This document shows, one piece after another, positions 10,201 through 20,657 of a DNA stretch of 64,000 nucleotides. The stretch is from Nostoc sp. DedSLP01 (lineage in GTDB: Bacteria; Cyanobacteriota; Cyanobacteriia; Cyanobacteriales; Nostocaceae). The notes under the pieces were generated by a model. It saw only the letters and a list, made by a program, of their open reading frames with translations, made no database searches and was not told the origin of the DNA. Location of the stretch: contig JAVRCJ020000009.1 in assembly GCA_034530875.2 (NCBI GenBank), forward strand, positions 32,001 through 96,000, written 5' to 3'. The stretch's first letter is position 1. Each line of letters starts with the position of its first letter. Position numbers and translations under genes: made by a program.

Positions 10201-11052
10201 TTAATTAATTCGCGCCTGCAACCAAGCCTGTAAATCAGCCACACTCGTAAAATCCAGCAATGCTTCGCCCAATGTTTCCAACATTGGTAATGGCAAACCT
10301 GCAACCGGAGAACGCACCTCTTGGGGAATTTCCCCTAACCGCTTTGTCAACTGTCGAATAATAATATTAGCCGTCGCTTCTCGTCCTTCTTCTCGTCCTT
10401 CTTCTTTAATTTCTCGATAAACTCTTGTTTCTTTTAGTGTGATGTCTAACATCAACTCCACCTCCCTTCGACTCAGTTGCTCAAACCGATACGTCATGAT
10501 GGTCGTGATGATTTCAATTATGGCATGGCTTACTGGTGAAGAAGCTTCTTGACGACTTCTCTTTAATAAATACCTAGCTTCTGCGGGGGCTTGTTCCTCT
10601 TCTATAGTAGTTAATACCATCACTGCCACCCACAAAGGTAAGGAACGAATATCTCCCAACTCATCCAAATATACCCGATGCACTTGGTTGCCGTTGAGAA
10701 GTGTTCTATGAGGATGAGTATCAGTTTGCTCAATACTACGTGATGGATAAATTATCACTGCTTGCCAATCACTAAATCTATCACGGTTGCGGTAGAAATA
10801 CAGTGAAGATTCCGCAAATACCCTTTCATATAACTTTTCGTCTTTTTGGAATTGCACCTGACAGAAATACACAATACCTGGACTTTGATTTTCTGGTGGT
10901 AAAAATACCCCATCAATTTCAAACTTAGGTTCTTTGACAGCTACCGAATCAAATTTATATTCATCTGCATTTGCTGGAGGATTTGTCAATAATTCAAATA
11001 ATAAAGTAGGAGATTGTTGGAATAGTTTATAAAAAATTGAATCTCGACGCAT
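10201..11052 (-). CDS. Rpn-family (DUF2887 + DUF4351-like C-terminus) nuclease-fold protein
   Basis: MRRDSIFYKLF, KEPKFEIDGVFLP, KETRVYREIKEEGREEGRE, LETLGEALLDFTS. Confidence 0.85.
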   Translation of the reverse strand: MRRDSIFYKLFQQSPTLLFELLTNPPANADEYKFDSVAVKEPKFEIDGVFLPPENQSPGIVYFCQVQFQKDEKLYERVFAESSLYFYRNRDRFSDWQAVIIYPSRSIEQTDTHPHRTLLNGNQVHRVYLDELGDIRSLPLWVAVMVLTTIEEEQAPAEARYLLKRSRQEASSPVSHAIIEIITTIMTYRFEQLSRREVELMLDITLKETRVYREIKEEGREEGREATANIIIRQLTKRLGEIPQEVRSPVAGLPLPMLETLGEALLDFTSVADLQAWLQARIN

Positions 11053-11110
11053 GAAGAATTGGCATGGAAATATATCTCAAATGATGCGTAGGCATTGCCT
11101 ACGCTCAAAA

Positions 11111-11416
11111 TTATTTGCCGCCGTAATAAAAGGCAATTTCTTTTTCTTTCAAAGGTGCGAAATCAGCATCTTTAAGCAATTGGTCGAGTTCAGCTTGGGG
11201 AATGTGTTTGGCACCGATGCGGACAATACGCGATCGCATAGTATTAGATACACCACTGCGCTGTCTATTGCCCTCTAGCCCCATCACTTTGCGATAAAGT
11301 TCTAATTTGGCAGGTGGAATCGGAGAACCATCAAAATCAATTCCTCGTGCGATCGCTTCATCAACAGCATCAGCACCTGTAGTCGTTGGATTACCCGGGT
11401 TAGTTTCAGTAGTCAT
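11111..11416 (-). CDS. Conserved cyanobacterial protein, DUF4090-like
   Basis: GIDFDGSPIP, RQRSGVSNTMRSRIVRIGAKH, LKEKEIAFYY. Confidence 0.75.
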   Translation of the reverse strand: MTTETNPGNPTTTGADAVDEAIARGIDFDGSPIPPAKLELYRKVMGLEGNRQRSGVSNTMRSRIVRIGAKHIPQAELDQLLKDADFAPLKEKEIAFYYGGK

Positions 11417-11497
11417 GGTGTTCGCTCTTGTTCACTACGGGTAAATTTTACCAGTCTTGCTGACACCAACGCTGCTGACGAGAAATTTATCCATTAT

Positions 11498-11752
11498 TTA
11501 ATTTTGAGTTTCCCGCGTCACCAAACCACCAACAAACGCGCCTAGAACTGTACCTGTCCATAGTCCTGTTGTGCTACCTTGCCACATTCCTCCGACTGTA
11601 GCCCCAGTGTTACATATTACCTTCAAACCCCAGTATTGGTTTTGACACTTCTGGTTATGCAACATAGTGGTAATTTGTCCAGTGGTATAAGCAGTAAAAA
11701 AACCTGACGATAGTGCTAAAAATGTGCAAATTAAAATTTTGTTTTTAGTCAT
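11498..11752 (-). CDS. Small hypothetical membrane protein
   Basis: 84 aa, two hydrophobic segments, Gly-rich C-terminal helix; start lies in a TTAGTCA array. Confidence 0.55.
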   Translation of the reverse strand: MTKNKILICTFLALSSGFFTAYTTGQITTMLHNQKCQNQYWGLKVICNTGATVGGMWQGSTTGLWTGTVLGAFVGGLVTRETQN

Positions 11753-11815
11753 TAGTCATTAGTCATTAGTCATTGGGTATGGGGCATGGGGCATGAGGCA
11801 TTGGGGATTTGAGAT

Positions 11816-11920
11816 GAATCTTTGATATTCGCCGACGAGTCTTTGATACTCGTGAATGAGTCTTTAATACTCGCCGACGAGTCTTTGATACTCGTGAATG
11901 AGTCTTTGATACTCGCCGAC
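11816..11920. repeat. Tandem 21-bp repeat x5 with A/B alternation (42-bp higher-order period)
   Basis: Units GA(A/G)TCTTT(G/A)ATA(C/T)TC followed alternately by GCCGAC or GTGAAT. Confidence 0.9.
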
Positions 11921-11988
11921 AAGTATTTTAACTCCATTGTTTTGCTCCCTCATCTCCCCATGCCCCATTCACCATTCCCCATTCCCGA

Positions 11989-14900
11989 TCAACCTGTATT
12001 TCTCATACCCGCAGCAATACCATTAATGGTTAATAATGCTCCTCGCAATAATTCACCTTTGCTATAACGGGAGTGGATGACTCCAGAAGTGGCAGTAGTA
12101 TTCAAGGACTGGCGTAAACGCTTGAGCAGGGAAACTTGGATAAATCCCAAGGGTACAATTGTGCCGTTGCGTAACTGTACAGATCTTTGCAATATCGGAT
12201 CGCCATCTAAAAGTTTATTGTGATTGGTAATTTTGAGAACCAAATCTCTTGTGAGATTAAATTCACTAGCTATTTGGTCAAAAACTTTCACAAAGCGCTC
12301 TTTATCTTCTGGTTTTGACAATTCTTGAACGTAGTGTTGTGCCATTTGCATGTCTACTTTTGCCAAGGTCATTTCTGCTTTAGAAATCACCATTTTGAAG
12401 AAAGGCCACTTAATGTAAAAATAGCGGAGTAATTTTAAGTGTTCTTCTGGTTCTTCGTTCAAGAATTCTTGCAAAGCAGTGCCGACACCGTACCAAGAAG
12501 GTAGTAAAAAGCGAGTTTGCGTCCAGCTAAATACCCAAGGAATAGCTCGCAAACTGCTTAAATCTTTTTTCCCGGAGGGACGCCGCGCTGGACGAGAACT
12601 AATTTGCAGTTGGCTGATTTCTTCAATTGGGGTGACTTGATGGAAGAAGTCGATAAAATCAGGTTGCTCGTAAATTAGAGCGCGATAATGTTGCCGCGAT
12701 CGCGCCGCTAGTTCTTCCATAATGTCATTCCAAGGTTGAATATCATCAAACCCTGTCCGCAGCAAACTAGCTTGAATCACAGCGGTGGTGATGGTTTCCA
12801 TGTGGTACAAAGCTAAGTCCAACAAGGAATATTTGGAAGCTAAAACTTCCCCTTGTTCGGTAATCTTAATTCGTCCATTGATGCTGTGACCTGGCTGAGC
12901 CAAAATCGCTTCGTAAGCCGGGCCCCCTCCCCGCCCCACAGAACCGCCGCGTCCGTGGAAAATGCGCAAATTCACGCCATACCCTTCTGCTATTTTTTGC
13001 AGCGATTTTTGGGCTTTATGAATTTCCCAGTTGCTGCTTAAAAAACCAGAGTCTTTGTTGCTGTCAGAATAGCCCAGCATCACTTCTTGCAGGTTAGGAG
13101 TGAGGGGACTGGGGACTGGGGACTGGGGACTGGGGACTGGGGACGCGGTGAATTCTTTCCCCGCGTTCCCCTGTGCCGGTGTTCCCGTGTCCTCTTCCTC
13201 CTTTTGTGCTGCGTAGCCGCCAGCTAACAAAGCGCGATACAAGGGAAGTTCAAATAATTCTCGCATGACGCTTCTGGAGCGTTGCAAGTCTTCTACTGTT
13301 TCAAATAAGGGGACGACTTGAATTGTGCCAACAGCGATCGCGGGGTCAAAAAGTCTGGCTTCTTTGGCTAAGAGCAATACTTCCAAGACGTCGCTGACTT
13401 GGCGACACATGCTGATAATGTAAGTTTGACAAATGTTGACGCCAAATTCTTGTTGCAGCGATCGCACGATGCGAAAGGTTTCGATCGCATCGTTGGTTTT
13501 TTCCGAAAACGGCAATTCTGCTGGAATTAATGGGCGGCGAGTTTGCAATTCTTGGGTTAACCAAGCGACTCTTTCTGACTCGGAAAGTTCGTTATAAGGT
13601 TGGGGTAGTATTTGCAGGTACTCTAGAATTTCATTGAGCGCATCGGAATGGCGCGATGATTCTTGGCGGATATCTAGCCGTGTCAAGTTAAAGCCAAAAA
13701 TTTCTACTTGACAAATTAGGTCTTCTAGCGCTCTACAGCTTAAACCGGTTTCTGTCAAGTTGCGCTGAATTAACCGCAGTTCTGTTAAAAACTCGGCTTC
13801 AGAACGGTATAGGGGGCTATCTTGATTTTTTGGCGTTTCTCGATTGTATAAAGCTAGATTGCGATCGCGGGTATTTTCCAGCCGTTTGAGGACATAAGCC
13901 AGTTTCAATCGATAAGGCTCTTGTCGATAACGTAGCGCTAAGGCGTCATATACCTCACTCAACTGGGATTGATCCAATTCTAGAGATTCCAGCAAGTCTG
14001 GCAAGACATCGCTCCAGTGCATCGATACGCTCAATAATTCAATCAGTTGTTTCACTGACTCGATATATCTTCCCAGCACCATTTTGCGCTGATAGCAAGC
14101 TGTTTGCCAGGTAATTTCTGGCGTGACTGATGGGTTACCATCTCTGTCCGAACCCACCCAAGAACCAAACGAGCAGAAATTTTTACTCGGTGGTTCTAGC
14201 CAAGGAAAAGTATCCGCTAGTGTATATTTGAACCGTTTATAGAGTTGGGGAATACCATCAAATAAAACTTCTTGGAAGTAGTGTAGAGCGTAATCAACTT
14301 CATCCAGTACCGTGGGTTTGAACTGGTGGAGTTCGTCTGTGCGCCACCACAAACGGATTTCTTCGAGCAATTGTTCGCGAATATCTACTGCTTCCCAAGG
14401 GTATCCCACCCCGGTGCTACCTAAGCCATTTTCCAAAGCATCGAGTTTTTGCAACAGTTGTACCACTTGTCGCTGCTTATCGCGGATGGTGTGACGCACA
14501 ATTTCTGTTGGGTGTGCTGTAAACACCAAGCGCACATCGAGCTGGGAAATTAGACGTTGAATTTGCTGTGGTGGGACATTCTGTTTAAATAAATGGGGAA
14601 ATAAAGCCGCAAAAGTTCCTTTTAGTTTGGGTTGCGTTTTTTGAACGTAACTCTTGCTCAACAAATCTGCTGCTAGTCCGCCGGTAACAGGTGCATCGTC
14701 TTCACCTTGATTGGAGGAATAATCAGCATTTGGTGGCGTTTCCGGCTCTAGTGCTTCCGTATCTGCGTCAAAGCGGCTCAATTGCTGCCGCTGTTCGTAT
14801 TCCTGCTCAATGATGTTGATTAACTGAAAATACAGAGCAAAAGCACGAGCCGCGCGAATTGCTTCGTTGATATTTAGTTGCTCGATTAACTTAACCGCTG

Positions 14901-15105
14901 AGGAAGCTTGGTCATTGGTTGTTTGTCCTTCTGGCGAACACAAATCGCGCAATTGGCGCAACAAATCTACCATGTTTTGGCCGCATTCTTGCCTCAGAAC
15001 TGACTCCCACAATTCTTCTACTACCTGTAGACGATGACGCAAAAATAATTCCGACACCGGGTATATATTCGCAGTTGGCGATGAAGAGTATAAAAGGGAA
15101 CTCAT
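11989..15105 (-). CDS. ppc: Phosphoenolpyruvate carboxylase
   Basis: [57 protein letters not shown]-terminal GMRNTG. Confidence 0.98.
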   Translation of the reverse strand: MSSLLYSSSPTANIYPVSELFLRHRLQVVEELWESVLRQECGQNMVDLLRQLRDLCSPEGQTTNDQASSAVKLIEQLNINEAIRAARAFALYFQLINIIEQEYEQRQQLSRFDADTEALEPETPPNADYSSNQGEDDAPVTGGLAADLLSKSYVQKTQPKLKGTFAALFPHLFKQNVPPQQIQRLISQLDVRLVFTAHPTEIVRHTIRDKQRQVVQLLQKLDALENGLGSTGVGYPWEAVDIREQLLEEIRLWWRTDELHQFKPTVLDEVDYALHYFQEVLFDGIPQLYKRFKYTLADTFPWLEPPSKNFCSFGSWVGSDRDGNPSVTPEITWQTACYQRKMVLGRYIESVKQLIELLSVSMHWSDVLPDLLESLELDQSQLSEVYDALALRYRQEPYRLKLAYVLKRLENTRDRNLALYNRETPKNQDSPLYRSEAEFLTELRLIQRNLTETGLSCRALEDLICQVEIFGFNLTRLDIRQESSRHSDALNEILEYLQILPQPYNELSESERVAWLTQELQTRRPLIPAELPFSEKTNDAIETFRIVRSLQQEFGVNICQTYIISMCRQVSDVLEVLLLAKEARLFDPAIAVGTIQVVPLFETVEDLQRSRSVMRELFELPLYRALLAGGYAAQKEEEDTGTPAQGNAGKEFTASPVPSPQSPVPSPLTPNLQEVMLGYSDSNKDSGFLSSNWEIHKAQKSLQKIAEGYGVNLRIFHGRGGSVGRGGGPAYEAILAQPGHSINGRIKITEQGEVLASKYSLLDLALYHMETITTAVIQASLLRTGFDDIQPWNDIMEELAARSRQHYRALIYEQPDFIDFFHQVTPIEEISQLQISSRPARRPSGKKDLSSLRAIPWVFSWTQTRFLLPSWYGVGTALQEFLNEEPEEHLKLLRYFYIKWPFFKMVISKAEMTLAKVDMQMAQHYVQELSKPEDKERFVKVFDQIASEFNLTRDLVLKITNHNKLLDGDPILQRSVQLRNGTIVPLGFIQVSLLKRLRQSLNTTATSGVIHSRYSKGELLRGALLTINGIAAGMRNTG
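13104..13144. repeat. STRR (GGGGACT)x~6 inside the ppc coding sequence
   Basis: Tandem heptamer read on the minus strand as [13 protein letters not shown]. Confidence 0.9.
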
Positions 15106-15207
15106 ATTCTCAATGATTGTAAAGGCAATTAATGTTTACACTTGTAGGCTTTGTACTTAATGCTCGTGATGTTCTTCCTGAGCAAATAATTGTTCGCTGT
15201 ATATTTT

Positions 15208-15444
15208 CTAAGTTCGTTTAGTTTCGCTATCGTTGGGAAACTCAAGGATGGGTAAGCGATCGCCTCGAAATAATTCTTCACTGGCTTCCCCTATAGCTTC
15301 TAGTGCTTTTACTGTACTTTTTCCGGTAATCAGCAGCAGTACTATAGACGCTGTACCTATTTGTAAGAGCAACGATTGGGGAATGCTAAGAAAATCCAGG
15401 TTGGATGGGGGGTTATCTGAGGATTGGTGTTTGTCTGCTGTCAT
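15208..15444 (-). CDS. Small conserved hypothetical protein
   Basis: 78 aa, hydrophobic segment then GEASEELFRGDRLPIL; upstream of ppc in the same orientation. Confidence 0.65.
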   Translation of the reverse strand: MTADKHQSSDNPPSNLDFLSIPQSLLLQIGTASIVLLLITGKSTVKALEAIGEASEELFRGDRLPILEFPNDSETKRT

Positions 15445-15945
15445 TGTTAGTTGTTGGTTGGGGAAAGATGAGTCAAAAAAAGTCAGGAGTCAGAATTCCG
15501 GAGTCAGAATTCAGAATTCAGAAGTCAGAATCAGTAAATTTACAAGTTACAAGTCACGATGACTTCACATATCAACAGAAGGAGTTTAAATTGGATAAGA
15601 TTTGGTATTTGTTTAGTTCACAAGGAGGGTTTGCTCTATCACAGGCAAGTTTGACTTAAAAGGCAAGTTATCAGCTAGTCACATAAAAATATTCTGACTC
15701 CTGAATTCTCAATTGTGACTCCTAAATTATGCATTCTGAATTCTGACCCCTTGTGAGTAAAATAAACGCAAAACTCAACATTAGCCAGACTTGCAACCGT
15801 ACAAGACTATCTTTGCTGATTTTGTAAGCTACAAAGGTAACAAAATTGTTAAAAAAAAACGTCAAAGTGTGATAAACCTATGGTTCTAGTTTACAAGTGC
15901 AGGCACTATCCCCCAACAATCGCTGACTTTCAAAGTTAATTTCCC

Positions 15946-18900
15946 ATGAAAACAGTATTACCAGATCGCCAGCAATCCTTAGTGCAATGGATCAGCCAAG
16001 CAACAGGGATTAACACTTTCGGGGTGAAAATCCGATTACGGGGAAATGACCTTCATATTCTTTGTGAAGGAACAGAATGTCCGCAGCGTTGGCGTACTTT
16101 ATCTGATTTGCTGCAAGCGCTACAGCAAACAGATTTGGATAGCCTCACAAGCAACGAACAACCCTCAATATACCAAGTATTTGTATATGGTCGAAGAAAA
16201 GGGGAACAGCGCCCTAAATGGTGCCATAAAGTTTACTTGAACCAAATCGACAAGCATATAGAGCAGGTAGAGCAAGCTTTACTGGCAGATTCGGGAAAAT
16301 CGAAACCAGTAGGTGGGGCGCTAATTGTCTCGAATGAAAGTTTGGCACGCCAAGGTAACCCAGATGCCATTGCTCGGTATTTGAGCGAAACTCTAAGTAC
16401 GTTGGGCGTATCGGTACAGGCAAAAATTAAGCTACACAAGTCTAAGAATTCTCAAGTTGAAGAAAATCGCCTGTGGATATTTTGCCATTCGAGCTATAGT
16501 CCCGATGCTTCGTTGCTCGCGGAACCAATAGCCCAGAAGTTGCGTTATCTCAAGCTTTCTGGCTACGAAGATGCAGTCATTGTTTCTCAAGTTACTGGTG
16601 AAACTGCACCTGATTGGCTGCTGCGGGTGGATTTAACGCCGCCAGAGGTGATGCTCAAGGAGTGGGCGCGTTGGGGGGATGTGCAAGCGATCGCCAGATT
16701 GCTAACTGAGGTATTGTCAGGGTTAAATGTTGCTGTCCAAGCTTCTCTCAAAGAATCAACGCTGCATATTTTTTGTACGCCAGCTTTTGACCCCTTAGGA
16801 AATGCCCCAATTCCAGATAAAACAGTGTGCTTGGAGGCAATTGTACCCCAGCTAGAAGCGATCGCCCCCCAAGGCATCCTCGGCGTCACAATATACGGAG
16901 AAAAAGCAGGCGACCACCAACCTGGTTGGATTGATTGGCTGGCTTTACCCGCTTCTGAGCATTCGGTTTTTGCGACAACGCCACTGGATTTGGCAAATAC
17001 TGGCGATGAAGAAGCGATCGTTTTTTTATTGGAGCGTTTACTCAATCCTGACTTAGATTGGCGTCTTTTAACTGGTGGAATTCGCGTACTGCTGCTAAAT
17101 AAAGGCGATTTACTGCACATCATGTGTGATGCGCCTGTTTGTCCGTCCCGAGGGCAAGTAGCCAACAAAGTTACACAGTTTATCCGCCAATTAAGAATTT
17201 CCGGTATTAAAGGAGTGCGCGTCTACGGACGGCGTGCAGGTAATAAAGAACCTTTTTGGCATCATGGTATCGATTTAGAACATCGCCAACGTTTAGTCCC
17301 AGAAGCAACCCCAGAATTTGCTGCTACTTCTAAATACGTTAACGATTTAGTAACCTCTGACACCAGCGAACCAATTTTACGCCCAGACTTAACTACAGAA
17401 GAAGTTCAAAGCTTTGTTACAGAAGCAGCGCTCGATTGGCTGGGAACGGTGAATGCAACAGTGAAAAAATTCCTGTTGGCAACTCAGCTATTTACCGAAA
17501 CTGACCAATTACAGGAGCTAAACCATGATGATGGTCAAGGAATTAAGATTGCTTTGGTTTGGGGGACGTTGGGATTATTGCTCACCCTTCAAAGTGATTG
17601 GGTATTGGGTCAGATTATCGCCCGCACTACGCCCAGTTCTCCAACAGTGGCTAATGTCTCGCCTTCATCATCTCCTGAGCCAAAAGTATCCTTAACATCT
17701 GGGAAAAATCCCAGCGAACAAACGAAATTTTTTGCCAGCGCTGGTAAAGCCAAAACTTCTGATAGTGATAGTTCCGTATTCAATGCTTCTCAATTTACCC
17801 AAACTGACGACGCCCAGAATGGAAGTTTAGCAGCCGCACCGCTGAAAGAAAAGGCAACCGCTACTGCTATTCTTTTAGCAGCGCGATCGCAAATCCCAAG
17901 TTTCAACGTTAGACAGTTAGACGAACAGCTAGCCCTGTATAAACAACGTCTTGCTAGAACTGGTACCCCACCAGATGTATTAATTATTGGCTCATCCCGC
18001 GCCCTCAGAGGAGTAGACCCAGCAGCACTTTCTAAAGCTTTGGCAACTCAGGGTTATCCGAATATTGACGTATTCAACTTTGGAATTAATGGTGCTACCG
18101 CACAAGTTGTAGACTTTGTACTGCGGCATGTTTTAGAACCATCAGAACTGCCAAAACTAATTATTTGGGCAGATGGCGCCCGTGCTTTCAACAGCGGACG
18201 CGAAGATATGACCTTTAAATCAATTGCTGCATCAGCTGGCTATAAACAAGCCTTTCAGAAATCGCCTCAAGCTGCAACTAACAGTGACTTGTCGGAAAAT
18301 CCAAAACAAGAAAAAACAAAACAAGAAAATCCAAAAGAAGAAAAGCAAGAAGTTAGCGGTTATCAAGCCGTCAATGATTGGTTAAATCAGACTCTAGCAT
18401 CTGTTTCTGTAAGCTATCAAAACCGCGATAAGATTAAAAGCTTAGTGCAAAAACAACTGCTTATTTTTGGTAACGAGCCGACAACTACATCCCAAAAACA
18501 GCTAACAGATAGTAATTCCGAAGATACTTACCAACAAGCAGTTGATTTTGATGGATTTTTAGCTTTATCTATTCGCTTTAATCCTGCTAGATACTATCAA
18601 AAACATTCTAGAGTTCCGGGAAATTATGACAACGACTATAAAACCTTTCAAGTAGGAGGAGAGCAAGATGCTGCCTTCCAAGAAGTGCTTGAGTTTACGC
18701 AGTCTCAGAAAATTCCTTTGGTCTTTGTCAATATGCCTCTGACAGCAGACTATTTAGATCCGGTGCGTAAAAAATACGAGCAAGAATTCCAGCAATATAT
18801 GTTGCGTTTAGCAGCTAATCCCAACTTTATTTACCGCGATTTGAGTCAACAGTGGCCTAAAGTAAATGATTACTTTTCCGATCCCAGCCACCTCAACCGC

Positions 18901-18966
18901 TTTGGAGCTTATGAAGTCTCGAAAAAATTGGCTTACGATCCGATGATTCCTTGGCCAGTGAAATAG
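15946..18966 (+). CDS. Large membrane-anchored protein: repeated N-terminal modules, TM helix, C-terminal SGNH/DUF1574-like domain
   Basis: DVLIIGSSRA, NFGINGA and DPSHLN SGNH blocks; TM IALVWGTLGLLLTL; upstream of an MBOAT gene. Confidence 0.7.
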   Translation: MKTVLPDRQQSLVQWISQATGINTFGVKIRLRGNDLHILCEGTECPQRWRTLSDLLQALQQTDLDSLTSNEQPSIYQVFVYGRRKGEQRPKWCHKVYLNQIDKHIEQVEQALLADSGKSKPVGGALIVSNESLARQGNPDAIARYLSETLSTLGVSVQAKIKLHKSKNSQVEENRLWIFCHSSYSPDASLLAEPIAQKLRYLKLSGYEDAVIVSQVTGETAPDWLLRVDLTPPEVMLKEWARWGDVQAIARLLTEVLSGLNVAVQASLKESTLHIFCTPAFDPLGNAPIPDKTVCLEAIVPQLEAIAPQGILGVTIYGEKAGDHQPGWIDWLALPASEHSVFATTPLDLANTGDEEAIVFLLERLLNPDLDWRLLTGGIRVLLLNKGDLLHIMCDAPVCPSRGQVANKVTQFIRQLRISGIKGVRVYGRRAGNKEPFWHHGIDLEHRQRLVPEATPEFAATSKYVNDLVTSDTSEPILRPDLTTEEVQSFVTEAALDWLGTVNATVKKFLLATQLFTETDQLQELNHDDGQGIKIALVWGTLGLLLTLQSDWVLGQIIARTTPSSPTVANVSPSSSPEPKVSLTSGKNPSEQTKFFASAGKAKTSDSDSSVFNASQFTQTDDAQNGSLAAAPLKEKATATAILLAARSQIPSFNVRQLDEQLALYKQRLARTGTPPDVLIIGSSRALRGVDPAALSKALATQGYPNIDVFNFGINGATAQVVDFVLRHVLEPSELPKLIIWADGARAFNSGREDMTFKSIAASAGYKQAFQKSPQAATNSDLSENPKQEKTKQENPKEEKQEVSGYQAVNDWLNQTLASVSVSYQNRDKIKSLVQKQLLIFGNEPTTTSQKQLTDSNSEDTYQQAVDFDGFLALSIRFNPARYYQKHSRVPGNYDNDYKTFQVGGEQDAAFQEVLEFTQSQKIPLVFVNMPLTADYLDPVRKKYEQEFQQYMLRLAANPNFIYRDLSQQWPKVNDYFSDPSHLNRFGAYEVSKKLAYDPMIPWPVK

Positions 18967-19130
18967 AAAGATGGAGAGGAGAGCAGGGGAGGCAGGGGAG
19001 AGATGGGGAGTGTGGGGACTAGGGGGGAAAGATTTCTTCCCCATCCTCCCACACCTCCTGCTTACCCAATGCCCCATGCCCTGTTTGACCAATGACTAAT
19101 GACTAATGACTAATAACTAATGACTAAAAA

Positions 19131-20630
19131 ATGAATTTTATATCAATTTTCTATGGGCTGTTCTTATTAAGCGTACTGGGAATTTACTGGTCTTTAGCAC
19201 AAGAAAAATGGCGTTTGTGGACAATGCTAATTGCCAGTTTAGTTTTTTATGCGTCTTTACATATCCAGTACGTACCATTGCTCTTAGCATTGACTTTTAT
19301 TAATTTCCGCTTGGGAGTAGAAATTGGCAAGAATACTTCACATGGAAAGCATTCTCTTGACTGGCGAATTTCTAATGAAGAATGGCAATTTGCAGAAGGA
19401 GACTGGAATTTACGCCGTTTAAAGCTTTTGTGGCTGGGTATAATTCTTAATATTTTAATTTTGTTCGGTTTTAAGTATATTACTCCTTTATATAAATTTA
19501 TTTTTCACGTGCAAACAAATTCACCAGATAACTCTTTTAAATTGATTGCACCTTTAGGAATTTCATTTTTTACCTTTGAGTGTATTGCCTATTTAATAGA
19601 TGTCTATCGCGGTGCCCCTGCTACAGATAGATTTCTTAAATTTGCTTCGTATAAATTATTTTTTGCAAAGCTGATTTCTGGGCCAATTACGCGTTACCAC
19701 AACCTAGCAAAACAATTTAATACACTACATTTACTTACTACCAATAGAGTTGTAGAAGGATTGTGGTTAATTGCTAGAGGTGCAGTCAAAAAAGGTATTT
19801 TGGCAGATCATTTGGGAATTTTCGTCGATTTATGTTTTGGTAACTTACAACGTGCGGGTAGTACAGATCTTTGGTTAGCTACCATTGCCTACGGTTTGCA
19901 GTTATATCTAGATTTCAACGGCTATGTAGACATTGCTCGTGGTAGTGCTTTACTTTTCGGCTTAGTTTTGCCTGAGAATTTTGATTTTCCTTATTTCAGC
20001 ACCAGTATTGCGGACTTTTGGCGGCGCTGGCACATGACTCTGGGTGATTGGCTGCGTAACTATGTTTATTTTCCTTTAGGTGGTTCGCGTCAGGGTTTGA
20101 CTCGCACCTGTTGGAATTTATTTCTTGTAATGCTAATTGCTGGTATTTGGCACGGAGCTGCTTTAGGTTATGTAGTTTGGGGCATACTTCACGGATTGGG
20201 ATTAGTAGTTCATCGACTGACGGATGCTGTTAGCGATCGCTTTGAAAAACTAGAACAATTCTGGCAAAATCCTTTAGGTATATTTATAGCTTGGCTGTTA
20301 ACCCAACTGATGGTTTTTACGTCTTGGATTTGGTTCCGCTTGCCTAACCTCCAAGATTCTTTTTTAGTAACTCGCCATCTTTGGGGTTATCCCGCAGACG
20401 CCCAGTTTGCTCAAAAGGTTTATGTAGAAGCTTTAAATATGAACCAAGAACAACTCGCTTGGGTACTGGCAACGTTAGCGACTCTCATGGCTATAGTCTA
20501 TGCCTTTAACCGGATGTTCAAGTTAGAGTTTAACTGGCCTATAAAGCTTGTTTTCGTCCCCTTATGCTTCTACGCAGTTTGGTTATTAGCTCCTGAAGGT
20601 AGCCTGCCCTATATATACTTTGATTTTTAA
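19131..20630 (+). CDS. MBOAT family O-acyltransferase (AlgI/DltB-like)
   Basis: PLGISFFTF, YLDFNGYVDIARG, ENFDFPY, FWRRWHMTLGDWLRNYVY, GIWHG, YIYFDF end. Confidence 0.92.
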   Translation: MNFISIFYGLFLLSVLGIYWSLAQEKWRLWTMLIASLVFYASLHIQYVPLLLALTFINFRLGVEIGKNTSHGKHSLDWRISNEEWQFAEGDWNLRRLKLLWLGIILNILILFGFKYITPLYKFIFHVQTNSPDNSFKLIAPLGISFFTFECIAYLIDVYRGAPATDRFLKFASYKLFFAKLISGPITRYHNLAKQFNTLHLLTTNRVVEGLWLIARGAVKKGILADHLGIFVDLCFGNLQRAGSTDLWLATIAYGLQLYLDFNGYVDIARGSALLFGLVLPENFDFPYFSTSIADFWRRWHMTLGDWLRNYVYFPLGGSRQGLTRTCWNLFLVMLIAGIWHGAALGYVVWGILHGLGLVVHRLTDAVSDRFEKLEQFWQNPLGIFIAWLLTQLMVFTSWIWFRLPNLQDSFLVTRHLWGYPADAQFAQKVYVEALNMNQEQLAWVLATLATLMAIVYAFNRMFKLEFNWPIKLVFVPLCFYAVWLLAPEGSLPYIYFDF

Positions 20631-20657
20631 TCTACTTTTTTGGTAAACAAGCAACTG

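Noticed and set aside
11816..11920. Possible CRISPR array
   Set aside because: Units are contiguous with only 6-bp alternating variable parts, there are no unique spacers, and no cas genes are present
11822..12067. 81-aa plus-strand ORF with ESLILAD repeats
   Set aside because: Translation of the tandem repeat and an STRR, overlapping the ppc 3' end antisense; TTG start with no evident SD
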